From positions 877,831-941,830 of the forward strand of contig ML992512.1 of NCBI GenBank assembly GCA_010093995.1: DNA of 64,000 nucleotides, written 5' to 3'. The stretch is from Elsinoe ampelina. Taxonomy: Eukaryota. The notes under the pieces were generated by a model that had not been told where the DNA came from, searched no databases, and worked only from the letters and a program-made list of their open reading frames with translations. The position numbers and the translations under genes are program-made. The stretch's first letter is position 1. Every line of letters starts with the position of its first letter. Positions 33,792-46,769 of this stretch are shown one piece after another.

Positions 33792-35569
33792 CTAAGCGAC
33801 TTCCTTTTGCTGGATGGTCGCATCCTTCTTGTCCTCCAACTCGACTGCACCACCGTGTAATTGCTTGTCCGTGACACGAGCTTGTTCCTCAGCCAGATGA
33901 GAGTCCTCGAACAGGAACGCCAACTCCTCGAGCGTACGGCCGGACGTTTCCGGGAACAAAAAGTACACGACGACAATCTCAAAGGCAATCCAGCAGCAGT
34001 AAGTGATGAGGTATTTCCAGCCAATATCATCCAGCCCAATGGGGTTGACAAAGGTGTTGAAGAAGCCGGCGCCACGTCCAAAGAGCTGGAAGAAGGCAAT
34101 GCCGCGGGAGCGCTGGGCAAAGGGCCAAAGTTCGACAAGGAAAGTGTATGTCAGAGCATTATAGCCCATATTGTAGCATGGAGAGTAGGCGAACATCCAG
34201 AAGATGACCAGGTTGCCGGCAGCTGCACTGGCGGTGGCGAGGTATCGTTCTTGAGTGATGGTCCAGCCAACATATACCACAAGCAAAGAGCAGGTACAGA
34301 TCAGATACATGACCCTGCGGCGGAAGCGACCGACAAGCAGAGCAATGATTGTGCCGTTGATGAGATTCCAGCAGGTAAGTCCGACATTGAGCTTGCCCTT
34401 TGTCATTGGGTCTGTGAAGCCAACAGATGTAAGGATCTTGTCGAGGTAATACGAGATGAGCGTGTTGCCAGACCACTGAGTGAAGAGCCCAAGCAGACCG
34501 GAGATCAACATACGTCGTTGCATTCCCTTTGTTCGGAAAAGGTCGGCCCACGATTGTTTAGACTGCTCAAGCTCCAAGAATATCGTTGCCTCTATCTGCG
34601 CAATTTCTGCGTTGACGAGCTCGGAATTTGCATCTCCTTCGGCGTGATACTTGATCAAGATAGCTCGTGCTTCGTCCTTGCGATCCTTGCTAATGAGATG
34701 ACGAGGTGATTCGGGAATGAAGCTGTAACGGTCAGCTAGCAGATCTTGATTGGTACGCGCATGTGTTCTTACAAGATCAAGCAGACCTGGAGCAGAGATG
34801 GAGCCGCCTGCAAGAGCGACGGAACCCTCCAACCCCAATCGTTGGGAATGGTCATGGTGCCGAAAGTGATCCCTGCCGCAAGGATGGCTCCAATCTATGA
34901 CATGTCAACGGTTGGTACTACTAGATTGGCGCTCCAGACTTACAAAGTAGGATGAGTTGAACAAAGACGTGAGGATGGGTCGTTCCTTTGGATATCCTAG
35001 CTCTCCAAGAAGTGCAGAACCAGCGACGATGCACATTGGGATGCCAAAGCCGAGGAAGAAGCGTGCCGCCAGGTACATGCCCACACCATTGGACGCTGCT
35101 TGTAGAATGGCACCAAAGATCATGACAGGGCAATGTCAGTGTTATCGAAGACAAGTCTGAAGATTGCGAACTTACTGCAACTACCAATAAAGATGGCCCA
35201 TCTGCGTCCAAACCGATCGTTGATGATGCCGACAAATGGCAAACTGCAGATCGCGCCCAGCGAATACATGGCTCCAATGATACCCTGGAGTGCTCCTGTC
35301 GGACGGCCAAAGAAGATCTTCCATGAGTCGACGATTTGGACTGCATTGATCATTTGCGAGTCGAAGCCAGAGGTGATCTCGATGCCCCTGCCATCTCGTC
35401 AGCTCCGAGAGCGTTGGGTATATGGTATGGCTACTCACATGCATGTTGGGAAGAGCAGAAGGTATAGAGAGCGCAGGTTGGGCTTCTGATACCATGGCAC
35501 CTTGTCGGCCTCGATCGCCTTTGTAAGGATAGGGTCAGCAGCTCCTGGGGCATGTGTAGCTCCAGCCAT
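33792..35569 (-). CDS. MFS sugar porter, lactose permease / cellodextrin transporter-like
   Basis: GIEITSGFDSQMINA, DRFGRR, GELGYPKERP, PESPR, FTQWSGNTLISYY, FPETSGRTLEE. Four or more introns. Confidence 0.88.
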
Positions 35570-36317
35570 TGTGACGGTGGATGCAGAGACAGGAAACGCA
35601 GAAGGACCTTTCCTTCAACCCGGAGCGACATGGTGCCATTTATCATACCTCTGCAGTAGCACCGGTCATGTAGCATCAACTTGCGGGGTTCAGTCATGGC
35701 AATGTACCTCTGGCCCAGGCCAAGCAAATATTCAATGTCATTGATGGGGTAGGATAAGCTGGAGAAGGGCCTGACGGTCAGTTGTTTCGGCTAAATACCA
35801 GGCCAAGACGGATGATGGTCAAGTTTCCTCTTGCGGTGTGATGGGGTCGGGGGTACAGGTCACCATGTCTCACCTCGAGCTGGCTTTTGATCGACAGCCA
35901 CATGCAGCGGTGCCGTTCTGCCGGACCAGATGTTTGCATGTTTAAAAGTTTGGATGATGGGACTTCATGCAAGTTTCTGCACCTGCAACTCCAAGCACGA
36001 GCGACGCTTATCATGAGCCGACGGGGCTGACAGGCGAAGGCAGTCGTCACACAAATTATTGGGTAGCAAGAGCGGAGACGCCCAGCACGTGACATTGGCA
36101 CTCCGACCACAGCGTTCCAGTCATGATATAGTATGTGTACCACTTCAAAGACCACTCTACACTAAACGAGACCAATCCAAGGCAACGACTGTCGGGAGAA
36201 AGAGTATATATGTCTTGCGTCGATTGTCTAATCCCTAACCTAATATCGATGACGACCTAATCGATCCAACCGCGAAACGTGTGAACACCGTGAGTGCGGG
36301 CAGACTCGGTCTCGCAT

Positions 36318-36773
36318 CTAGTGCGGGACGACAAATTTGAGGATATATTGAACGTCGTCACCATCTTCCCAGGCGTGGAAGTTGTTCAGTGCGAGGGATC
36401 GGGACGCGCCGTTAACCCACGTGATTCTATAATCGTTCGATTGCCCTTGGCCTACATTGTTGATCGTAAGAGAGAGGCCGAAGTCATAGTCGTTTCGAAG
36501 AGTGATTCGCGGGTCTCCTCCGGGCAAGTTGTCTCCATACGCAATGTGTACGTAGCGCCGCTGGTTGGTGTGAGCTTGCGCTGGAATGAGCTCAATATCC
36601 ACTGCAGAGTCTGGCTCGTACAGGGCAACTTGCTGGCACGTAAGCTGTCCGCATCGTTGGACAGCTCGTTTTTGCAAATCGCTCCTCTTGACAGTGACGG
36701 TTTGGAGTCCTGTCGGCTGCGACCAGGCATGCAAGCCCAAGGACAGGAAAGCGGCAAGTTGGAAGATCTGCAT
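36318..36773 (-). CDS. Small secreted protein (151 aa), candidate effector
   Basis: Signal peptide, prodomain ending LQKR, 2 Cys, beta-rich mature region. A TATAAA lies upstream (minus strand about 36842-36847). Confidence 0.65.
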   Translation of the reverse strand: MQIFQLAAFLSLGLHAWSQPTGLQTVTVKRSDLQKRAVQRCGQLTCQQVALYEPDSAVDIELIPAQAHTNQRRYVHIAYGDNLPGGDPRITLRNDYDFGLSLTINNVGQGQSNDYRITWVNGASRSLALNNFHAWEDGDDVQYILKFVVPH

Positions 36774-37630
36774 AGTGAAACTGTGAAACTGCTGTCTCGA
36801 TGGTGATGTTTGGCCTGGTTTGATGGGGAGGTGTGTTGCGTTTTATACCTGTTCTTTCCCTTCATATCTGAAGGGGAATCACAATAAAGACACGTGCACG
36901 TAGAACCCTACCATGTCCCAATTTCCCCGTCGTGTTCGAACTATGTATAGAACGACTGCAGCCCCTTTCGAAGTGCGCAAGCTCAGGTGAATGGTCTACC
37001 TGTTGCACATTCCATGGAATGAAATCTGCATTAAATTTAGACCATTTGGAGGGAAGCAAAGAAGACGGCAACAGTCTAGATACGTTAGACATGTATGCTT
37101 GGTGGATGTGGAAGCGGCGATGCCGCAGCGCTTTAAAATGTCTTGTTCTTCCGACACAGTGACCGACCTTGATAGGTTCATCACGTCAGGTGTTGAGGGC
37201 ATGCAGTACCCTCAACGAACATCGGCAACGTGTGCATATTCTTCGGGTGGAATTCGGGTGGCGAGACGAGGTGAAAATCTTGTTGATGGCAAACTTTCCG
37301 TCAATCCTCGGAATCCAAGTCTAGTCTTGGAGATCTCAGATAGCTTCGACTGTGTACGGCGTGTGTGGGTCGCTGAACCCTTTCGTCATAGCCTACAGGG
37401 CATTTTCATGGAATTGAGTGGATTTGAGGCTATCCTTACAAGAGGGAGAAGGGAGGTGCAGATCGCTAGGCTCGTGGGAGGAAAGTGATTCTCTCCTGAC
37501 CATTGGGGGGTCGAAAAAGGAGGATATTAGCCATGTGGTGAAAGAAGACCTGGAGAATCACAGAGCATGAGCGAATCGTGAGCGCGATCATGCAACGTGT
37601 CATTACCGAAAGGACAACCTATCGGAAGGT

Positions 37631-39501
37631 CTAGATGCACAAGCCGGTCAATTGTCCGAGATTCTGCAAATTAGCCCGGGGCTCGCCCGAGGCTGTGTCT
37701 TCCTTGAGCAAGTCATCAATCTGCTTGACACTCTTGATCTTGAAGAAGCCGTTGAGTCCGTCTGCGACTCTCTTTGTGATTGGCTCAAGCTGTGGCTCGT
37801 CACATGCCGCAAAGCAGAGTCTGAAATACTGCCAGCCCTTCTTGTCTCTGATCTCAGCAGTAGGGGAGAACATGCTTCCCGGAGAGACAAGGACCAAGTA
37901 TGGCTTTGTGGTCCAGAAGACCCAAAGAGCCCTGCTCAACCTCGCGCCGTCGACCTTGCCTGCCAAAGGGTGATTTTCAAAGTGAACCTTCAACCAGAGG
38001 AACATGCCGCCGACCGGCCAGTCGAAAGAGTATAGCTGAGTCTTTTCAACGACTGCCCAATCGTCGTCATCCTTGTCCTGTAAGGAGGTTGCAGCCAGCG
38101 CTTCGGACAGTGAGTTACGTCGTCCAGTCTTGACAAGGTCCTTGTTCGCATCCATGATCTTCGCCATGGCGTTCATTCTTCGCTCGTAATTTCCACGAAG
38201 ACCTTCAATCCATCGAATCCAGCCGTCTGCCTTCCAGCCTTCGTAATTTGGTGGAATCTTGTCCCTGGTCTCTTGCGGGCCCATGAGGAGCTCGGCGATC
38301 ATGCTTTGGACGAAGCCCGATGGCTGTTGAGTACTAGTTTCGGTGACACGGAGGATTCGCTCGACCAAAGCAGGCTGTGCTGTGATCCAGCCGAGTCGAC
38401 ATCCTGGTGCGACGGTCTTTGAGAAAGTGTCCAGCCGAATCACTCTTCCGTCCGGATCGATATTGAGTGACGAGGGAACGAGGGAGTCGAGGAAGTCGAA
38501 GCCGGACGACTTCCAGTTCGGTGTAGGAGCTTCTTCGGGCTTCTTTGGTAGGCGTGCAGTCGCTGAAGGGTATTGAAGGTACCAATATGGATCGTCCTCA
38601 ACAATGATAATGTCGTATTTTGAGCAGAGCTCGTAGATGGCACGACGTCGCTTGAGTGACAAGACGCCAGAAGTTGGGTTTTGTCCCATGCTGGTTACTG
38701 TCAGCTTGTTTCCTACAAAAGACATGGCAAGACTTACGTGACAGTATACATGAGTTGTGGTATCCGACCTTTCTTGTAGTCCCAGTTCTCCAGTACGTCA
38801 CGAAGACCGCCCTTGCCCTCGGTCCGCATGCCTTCATCGTCAATTCCCACGGGAACGATGTTGAGACCGCGTGGCCGAGCAGACTGGACGGCATTCATGT
38901 ATGCAAACTCTTCAACCAGGAGTCCTTGTCTGTCTCTTGTCCAGTCCTTCTCTTCACTCCATTCATTGGTCAAGGTCTGGAGGACTTTGGAGAAGCCATC
39001 GGTATTTCCGCAGGTCAGAATGATCTCTGGGCCACCTCGGTAAGGGACGTTCGGGTGCAGGTGGTTGCGAGTGAGCTGGCGTAGGAAGTAGTAGAGCGGC
39101 GGGTAGCCCTGTGCTGTTCCGTACTGAAGGGCAGTCTCCAAGTCGATCTTCTTGAGCGGGTTCTGTTCGGGGGAGGCATGAGGAACGAGCAAGTTGTTCG
39201 ACAGGGTAAAAGGAGGCTTATCGCTGCTGCTACCGGCAGATGCGCTGCCAGTCTCTGGTGGCGGATCGATTGGTTTGTTTGGAGTGGGCTGCCATCGGTT
39301 CGGAGGAGCGACCTTTGCCTCGAGTGTGTCAAAAGGAAAATACCAACGATTCGGTAGGCCGCCAGCGAGTTGGCCAATACCTGGGATCTGGAAGTACTTG
39401 TAGAACTGCTTGACGGCGCTGGCCTCTCTGGATCTGGCGTTTCTAGATAAGTGGTGAGAGAGATCCTTGGGAGGATCGCGATCGTCGACAATGGGATCCA
39501 T
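37631..39501 (-). CDS. Aromatic amino acid / 2-aminoadipate aminotransferase (PLP class I, Aro8-like)
   Basis: LAGGLP, ALQYGTAQG, GQNPTS, IIVEDDPY, DTFSKTVAPGCRLGW, GGMFLW, FRLCFAA. Intron about 38690-38738. Confidence 0.9.
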
Positions 39502-40067
39502 GATGTACTGGGAGAGTGATCTGATGGAGAAGAGAAAGGTAGATGAGCTATCCTACCTGCATTGTGATCGAGTGAGGGAATAGATAGCGGCGTCAAGATG
39601 ATGGGATGATGGACTTAGTAATCGGACCTGTACCTTTGACTAGTCGGAGGGATCTTTCCCCCCGCGACCGCGACGATAGATGTGCGATGCACATCCGCTG
39701 TCATCCGTACGGCACGCCTTCCTTTCTGGGCGACTGCAGCAGAAGTAGTTTCTGACAGCCGAGTAAGTTACCTTTGCAACGGGTGGGATGAGGATACTAC
39801 GGAGTATAGAAGGTGTGCTGCAGGACAGAGTACTTAAGGCGTGCGACGGCTTATGGCTTCGCCCAAGTCTCTTCAGTCTTGTCAATTCTCTTTCTGACCT
39901 AGCAGATCTGAAGCACTGACTGGCCAAGATCAGGAGCTGTCGATGCTGCGGCACATGGCGGATCTTGGTTGGTTGGTTACGCGGCGTCATCATCGGCCTG
40001 TTCCTGCATGGACGAAATGATTTGTTGACTTCTGTTTCTGTTCTTTCTTCCGACACCGTCGGCAATC

Positions 40068-40076
40068 ATCAGATAA
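40068..40076 (+). promoter_or_regulatory. ATCAGATAA (SreA-type GATA box), single copy
   Basis: Exact ATCWGATAA match about 65 bp upstream of the LCCL gene ATG. Confidence 0.25.
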
Positions 40077-40139
40077 TTGCACCTCAGTATGATGGCTCCA
40101 TAACGAATTCCATTGTGACTCTGAGATACAGATCGCAGC

Positions 40140-42083
40140 ATGGACGGCCAACGCTATACCGATGAGGACCACGATGATCCAATCCCGAGCAGACCAAATG
40201 AACGATACAGGGATGACCCTCAATCAGGGCACGAAGAGACCTTATCACTGCCCTCGGACAACCTCCGCCAGGTCGGCTTAGTAGATCCAGGCACTCCCGA
40301 CCGTCCCAGCTTCTCAGAGCGAGTTCAGAACACGATACCACCGCCGCTTTTGCGATATTGGAACGCCACAGTCACTTGGGTCAAAGGTCCCCAGCCTCCG
40401 AGACCATTCAAGATCACACCCATCTTCCCTACCCTCCAGCATGCGCCTCTCAGACTAGTCGACCGCTTAGCACCAAAGCGAGCCCAACGCGCCTGGCTAC
40501 TCGTCTTTTTCTGGGCTGCATGGCTGCTATGCTTCTCGCTGATACAATGGAAGTCATCCTTCGCCAGCGAAATTGCTGGCTACGGCTCTCCTGCTCGCCT
40601 TTCATGCGGAGTCAGATACTGGAGGGATCGCAATGAATGCGAAATCAACGGACATGATTGCAGACCTTTTGCGAATGCCTCGCTCGCCTTCCGTTGTCCA
40701 GCCAATTGTGCCGGAGCCCAAGTCTTTACGCCGCATGCTGTTGGTACGCAGGAAGTCGTCTATCAAAATCTTGTCATAGGCGGACCGACGGACATCTCTA
40801 AACCACTCGAATCTTCGGCTTACCGTGGCGACTCGTTCATTTGTGGCGCTGCCATCCACGCCGGCTTCATCAATGACAAGGAGGGTGGATGCGGCGTCCT
40901 TGAGCTGGTCGGCGAGAGGAACGAGTATCCAAGTACAAAAGCTCATAGCATCAGCTCCATCGGATTTGACTCGTATTTCCCTCAATCATTCAAGTTCAAG
41001 GCCGGGACTCAACAGCAATGCAAAGATCTCAGATGGCCTGTCATGATCGTCTCCGTCGTCTTCACTGTGCTCATTTCCTTGTTCACAGATTCGCCACTGG
41101 TCTTCTTCTCTTCCGTGTTCATCATTCTGTTTGCTACCACGGCATTGGCAACAGATCCGCCGAACTTTGCCGATTATACTCATTTACTTTCCAGTGCTGC
41201 TGGTCGATTTCTTCCTGGCACATTCTGTATGGCCGTCATGCATCACTTCGCCGTGAAGCGGACATTGACCGATCTGACTGCTCAAATCGACAAGACGGTC
41301 TTGTGGGTCGGAGCCGCTTGGGTTGGTGCTTTGAACAACTACACATTCGACCATATACCAATTCAACGCCTCACGCCTCATGATCTCAAGGCACAGCCTG
41401 GTGCGATTCCTGCGCTGATCATCGTCGTGCTATCCATTTTTGCCATCGCTCTGGGCCAAGCCTGGTGTTTCCGCATCGAGGGGCGAATGCCACGCTATCT
41501 GCTGTTGTACGGCATCCTTGGAGGGTCTCTACTGCTTATGCTGGCCATTCCTGGCATGGCTATCAGGATACACCACTACATCTTGGCTCTTCTATTCCTG
41601 CCCGGTACCTCCTTCCAGGCCCGCCCTAGTCTGATCTATCAGGGCTTGCTTGTCGGTCTTTTTGTGAATGGCGTTGCTAGATGGGGGTTTGCACCTCTTT
41701 TAGAGGTACCGGGCGACTTGCTGAGGGACGTCAACCTCGACTCGCTTCTCCCGATCATTGTACCACCTGTCGTGGGAGCGCTTGGAAACAACATAACATT
41801 CACCTTGGGTCCGATACCAAAGGGTCTAGACCATGGAAGGAAGTATGACGGCATATCTGTGCTAGTCAACGATGTCGAGAGACTCCGAACGTACAGTGAC
41901 TTTTTCGAGGAAGGGTCGTGGACGAACGGCACAAAGCAATGGACCTGGGACCGTTACAAGGAAGGCTTGCCAGAATACTTCCGGTTTGCGTATATGATGG
42001 GCGGTTCGGCCGCTGACTACACCAAGGCTGGCACTTGGTTGGAAAATGGCACCTGGGTGCCACCCGCGAAAGGTCCCAGCTAG
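40140..42083 (+). CDS. LCCL-domain multi-pass membrane protein (conserved fungal)
   Basis: FRCPANC, YRGDSFICGAAIHAG (LCCL), several TMs, RIHHYILALLFLP, YFRFAY...DYTKAGTW. Confidence 0.85.
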   Translation: MDGQRYTDEDHDDPIPSRPNERYRDDPQSGHEETLSLPSDNLRQVGLVDPGTPDRPSFSERVQNTIPPPLLRYWNATVTWVKGPQPPRPFKITPIFPTLQHAPLRLVDRLAPKRAQRAWLLVFFWAAWLLCFSLIQWKSSFASEIAGYGSPARLSCGVRYWRDRNECEINGHDCRPFANASLAFRCPANCAGAQVFTPHAVGTQEVVYQNLVIGGPTDISKPLESSAYRGDSFICGAAIHAGFINDKEGGCGVLELVGERNEYPSTKAHSISSIGFDSYFPQSFKFKAGTQQQCKDLRWPVMIVSVVFTVLISLFTDSPLVFFSSVFIILFATTALATDPPNFADYTHLLSSAAGRFLPGTFCMAVMHHFAVKRTLTDLTAQIDKTVLWVGAAWVGALNNYTFDHIPIQRLTPHDLKAQPGAIPALIIVVLSIFAIALGQAWCFRIEGRMPRYLLLYGILGGSLLLMLAIPGMAIRIHHYILALLFLPGTSFQARPSLIYQGLLVGLFVNGVARWGFAPLLEVPGDLLRDVNLDSLLPIIVPPVVGALGNNITFTLGPIPKGLDHGRKYDGISVLVNDVERLRTYSDFFEEGSWTNGTKQWTWDRYKEGLPEYFRFAYMMGGSAADYTKAGTWLENGTWVPPAKGPS

Positions 42084-42346
42084 ACGAGATATAGAAGTAT
42101 GTGTTTGACACACCACGATATTCCCTGTTTCTTCTCCAGATGGCATCCCGTTAACGATCAATATGCAAAGATAAAGTACGCGTACAGGTGTGGCTGGTGT
42201 GCGGAGCTGGCCAAGTGTATCAGCGCCGGGCTGCGGATATGATGACAAAGAAATAATAAACACCCTACACCTCCATTGCGTCATCTCTTCTCCTTTTTTG
42301 CCTGTACTTGGGAGTGCACTCCTAACCAGAATCAGCAGTGTCACTC

Positions 42347-43651
42347 TCAAGCCAGGAACAAGCCTCTTACCCTCCTCATTTTGACCTCGTTGGTCGTCGT
42401 CGTGGCAGATTCCGAAGGCGCAGGCGGTGGCGTCGTCGTCGCATCCGTCGTGACAGTCGGGCCGGTACTCACGACCTGCTTCTGGCTCGTCGCGGCGGTG
42501 GAAGCAGTCTGACCTCCACTTCCTCCTGCCGACCCACCGACGATGATCGTCAGGCCACCACTAAGGTCTTGCGTGGTGACTACTCCAGCTGTCTCCTCGC
42601 CCTCGACATGTACGTCGTCGTAAGGGAAGCAGTACCCTCGGCCATCCGACTCGTTGTCCTTGACGGCCTTGCAGTACCAGTTCCCACCCTTGTCGTCGGT
42701 GTAGTGCATGCTCTGAGGGGCAGGTTGCTTCTCTCCACCATCGAGGAGGAGAGTGCCTCTGTGGAACCCAGCGCACAATATGGGGATGATGGCTTTGTGC
42801 ACATCTCCCCCGACTGCCGTGCTGAAGGTGCCGGAGTGGCAGCCCCATACGTCTGCCGTGGTGGGTTTACCAAAGGGGACATCGTCTTGGGTGCACGTCA
42901 TGCTTCCTCCGGAAACGCCGCATTCTACCAGCCCCCAGGTGCGAGTGTCGATGGTGAGTTTGGTAGACTCGTACTTTGCCCAGACAGACTCGATGTAGTC
43001 GTCCCAGAAATCACCGAGACCTCCGCCTTGAGATTGGGTGGGGGAGAGGACACGCTTGCCTGCGCCGTCACCGACGCAGAGGGCGGACCAGGCTTCGCCT
43101 TTGGTGGAGAGGAAGGAACAGGCGTCGTCTACGGCAGTCGAGGTGGCGCCTTGGGCTGTGCCACCACCCATGGAGACGCCGATGGGGAGACCCATAAAGT
43201 CGACATAAGAAGGATTGGCGAAGGAGACGCCGGTCTGGGTGGTGAATTCGGCGATGCCCCATCGTTGGTTGAAGGCGGCGCTTGATGGGTTCGAGGCTGA
43301 GGGTTCTTGAATAGCGCCGGATTTGGCGATGCCAAGAGTGTCACCGGTCGTGATGAAGACGCGGGCTCCAGCCAGGTAAGAGGGGATGGTGACTCCTTGT
43401 GAAGTGTCAATGGCGAGGGATGAGGGCAAATTTGCTCCGGGCTGATCGGTGTAGATTTGGCCAGAAGCTGTGACCATGACGGGACTACCAGAGGAGAGAC
43501 CTGTGATCCAAGCCTTGTAACTGTTGCCATCCTTGATGTCAAACTTGATGTTCAGCGACTGGCCGCCGGTCTGCCGTGGGAGGAGGGGAACTGGTTTGGC
43601 ATAGCTGGTAACAGCGAGCGAAGCGAAGAGAAGGGTACTAAGGAAAGACAT
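42347..43651 (-). CDS. Secreted GH64 beta-1,3-glucanase
   Basis: Signal peptide, GARVF, WGIAEFT, NPSYVDFMGLP, RVLSP, KPTTADVWGC..G, GYCFPYDDV. Thr-rich tail. Confidence 0.85.
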   Translation of the reverse strand: MSFLSTLLFASLAVTSYAKPVPLLPRQTGGQSLNIKFDIKDGNSYKAWITGLSSGSPVMVTASGQIYTDQPGANLPSSLAIDTSQGVTIPSYLAGARVFITTGDTLGIAKSGAIQEPSASNPSSAAFNQRWGIAEFTTQTGVSFANPSYVDFMGLPIGVSMGGGTAQGATSTAVDDACSFLSTKGEAWSALCVGDGAGKRVLSPTQSQGGGLGDFWDDYIESVWAKYESTKLTIDTRTWGLVECGVSGGSMTCTQDDVPFGKPTTADVWGCHSGTFSTAVGGDVHKAIIPILCAGFHRGTLLLDGGEKQPAPQSMHYTDDKGGNWYCKAVKDNESDGRGYCFPYDDVHVEGEETAGVVTTQDLSGGLTIIVGGSAGGSGGQTASTAATSQKQVVSTGPTVTTDATTTPPPAPSESATTTTNEVKMRRVRGLFLA

Positions 43652-44681
43652 TGTGCAAAGAAATGTGGCACGTGAATCTGAAACGAAGCAAGGATCTCAA
43701 AGGATGGACCGGTAAGGAAAGGACAGGATAGGAAGTAAACAAATGGTAAAAGAGTGGCACGGCAGTATGCCTGGGGATTGGAAATGAAAAGAGTGTCCTG
43801 TAGAGGCTGAGAAGCAAAAGGCAGAGCGCAAGAAGCCAGGGGGCATTTTATGGCTACACTTAGTGTGAGGCTGGTTTTGTGATAGGTCCTAGGACAGGGA
43901 CAGGTCAGTACCAAGATGTCGGGGCAGCCATGAGGCTAACGTGCATGAGAACCGCGCGGCCGCGAGAACGAAGAGGTGCAAAGATTACATGTACGTGCAA
44001 GTCTAGAGAATGAATAGAGGGGACCTAGATGGAATGGCAGGATCGGTGAGCGTCGAGTCTGATAAGGTGCAAGATGGCAGCTCCGGACTGCACGCTGATA
44101 GATGTGTCAGTTGTCAGATGGAGCTTCCGCCATGGTCGTTCATGATGTCTGTGCCGTGTTCCAGCCCAGGAAAAGTCCGAAGGGCATGATATTCCACAGT
44201 GTCAAAGGGTATCGATGGTCCCTTGTCGCGAGCTGGACGGCAGGCTGAAGACGCAGGGGGACAGCTGGCGACCTTGTACTCGCATATTGTGGCCGGGCAG
44301 CGAAGTAGTGTATCAGGCAGAGCGTACAAGAACGATTAGCTGAGACGAATTGAAAACTCGTCATCATTGGCAGCGTGAGTGTGCAGTCAAATTTGCCTCA
44401 GCCTGGCCACGTTTGTGTTTAGCGAGCCTCAGTCCTTGATCCAGAATCTTCATCCACCAGCCTCGTCTTATCATTGGATGATATGAATGTGTGATTCGGT
44501 CCAGTCCGCGCTTCAAAGGTCGCTACGAGTCGGATGAAATTTCTGATGACGAAGAGGAGGGAGAATTCATGGATGAATGTTGGATGTCAAAATCGCACTT
44601 GAAACTTGTCCGAGCTACACTGGAATTTTCTCATGCAACACGGCAGCCAATGCTTTCTCTACATATCATGGAGGGAGACTG

Positions 44682-46268
44682 CTAATCCCGTCTCGATTTG
44701 GATTCTGACGCTATTTCGTGCACTTTCATGTCTAGACCGACCCAGAAGCTCTTCCCTCGCCAAATGACTGTGACACCACCAAAGACGGCCCAGGCCCATA
44801 TGGGAAAAGCTAGAGCTTCTCGTCCAAGCCATGCAAAGAGCCATTGCTTGAACGACCGACGATGAGGTCCCTTTGGCGGCCTGCTGAAGCCCGGTGTGTG
44901 CTCGTCTACCTCAATCGAAGCGGACGAGTGCAGCATGCCATACAGAGTCCAATCGACCAAGCACCATAGTCCAACACTTGTCAACCAGAAGAGCACAAAC
45001 GCAGTCCGTGTGTGCGGTATCAAGCGCAACGAGGTCGCACCAAAGGCGCCATATAGCGAACAGAGAAAGCTCTCGGTACCGGGCTCAACCAGTGTGGCGA
45101 GAGCGACAGTGAATTTCCGTACTCTCAGCCACCGCACGCGGCGGGCGATATACTCGCTGACGCTCATGCCAGCCATTGGCTGAACTGCGAGGTCCCCAAA
45201 GACCATGCGGTGCTTCGCCCAAGCTTCACCGTTGGACTCTTCCGGTACCTGACGCTTCCATAGCAAGTCGCCAATCAAGTGGTCCTCGCAAATGTTCTCC
45301 GAGAAGAAGTCAATACCTTGACTGTCCGTGAGTGCGTCCAGGTGCGATTTTCTAAACATTGTGGACTTGCCCACTATGCATGGCGCGATCAGAACCGTAT
45401 TGATTGCCGTGTAGAACTTTGCGTGAGAAGACGACATGAAGAGCTCTTCCAGTCTGCCACCGCCGTAGTGCAGCGTGTCCGGATGGGAGTGCAATGTCCG
45501 TACTGCATGTGTGTCTGTACTCGTACTGGAGGCAACAGTCGTGCCATTGGCGGTGGACAAGAGCCTCTCGCCTTCGTGGTTGACTTGGGCAGAAGTGACG
45601 TCCACTACAAGCGGTAGGAGATGCACGAACTTGGCTGGCTTGCCAGTCGATCCTTGCAGCGTGTCGATCATCCTTCCCAAGGTGCCTCTTCCAACCCAGA
45701 CATTGCAATCGATTATCCATACCACATTTCCTTTGGCCTCCCGATATGCCCTGCTCATGTTCCGTATCTTTGGGTTCGGCCCCAGAGCAGATGCCTGCAG
45801 ATGTGTATCTTCCGCTTCTACCAATATTTTAACGTCATGGTTGGGAAAGTCTTTGAGGAGCTGCTCAAGGATCGGTAGAGATGGGTCATTGCGATCAGAG
45901 ACGCAGAAAGATATCTTGATCTTGGAGCGATTGTAGTCCTGGTAGAAGGGTGAGGCGAGGCATTCGTACAGATTGGGCTCGAGGCCCTTTACAGGTCGGA
46001 TGATGGTGACGAGAGGTGCGTTGGGATCATCACTTGACTTTGACTTGTGCCGTGGCGCGGAGTAGTATCTCCATCTTGTAGTAGTCAGAACCGGTACCTC
46101 TAGGCGCCCGCCTGAGACTCACAGTTGTGTATAGCCAGTGGCCGAGACCAATGAGACTGCGGTATACCAAATCAAGCAGATGATAGCGGCCAGCCAGATG
46201 ACAGCCGACGGGCCATCATCTGCACCAGCAGTCGACTTTGTGGCGACCAGACGCGCCTCCAATACCAT
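44682..46268 (-). CDS. Ceramide glucosyltransferase (GT21)
   Basis: N-terminal [65 protein letters not shown]. Intron about 46076-46121. Confidence 0.92.
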
Positions 46269-46769
46269 CTGCCCTTCAATTGATGTCACGGAGAAGGTTG
46301 CATGATTGTCAGAAGAAGGGATGGAAAAACAACGACCAAAAGCTTCGAAAAATCCGGAACCCCCAGACTCGCAAACGCTTGGCCAGAGCTTGATGCATCT
46401 TGTGTTTGTTGATTGCAGACGCTCTGCAGGAGATATCTTCTTCCGTCACCCAAGGTAAGTGATTGTGGAGTTCGTGAAGATGTCGTCACCTCCCAATCTT
46501 ACAGCAGCAGTAGTGTCGCAGGCAAGCAATAACAGGAAGAAACCGCAGATCCATTTGTCCCATTGACCCTCCAGTTCGGAGACATGTCACGATGTGAACA
46601 GTCGAGCAAAGATGCGGGGAACTTTTACGGTAATAAAGGCAAGTCGGCCGAGGACCCTTTGGAACAAGGGACCAAGGGACATGGTGCGTCATTCTTGTAG
46701 ATTCCACCTCAAGCACAACCTCGATTCTTTTGCCATTCAGCACCAATTCGACCCATAAAGAAGCTGGGA

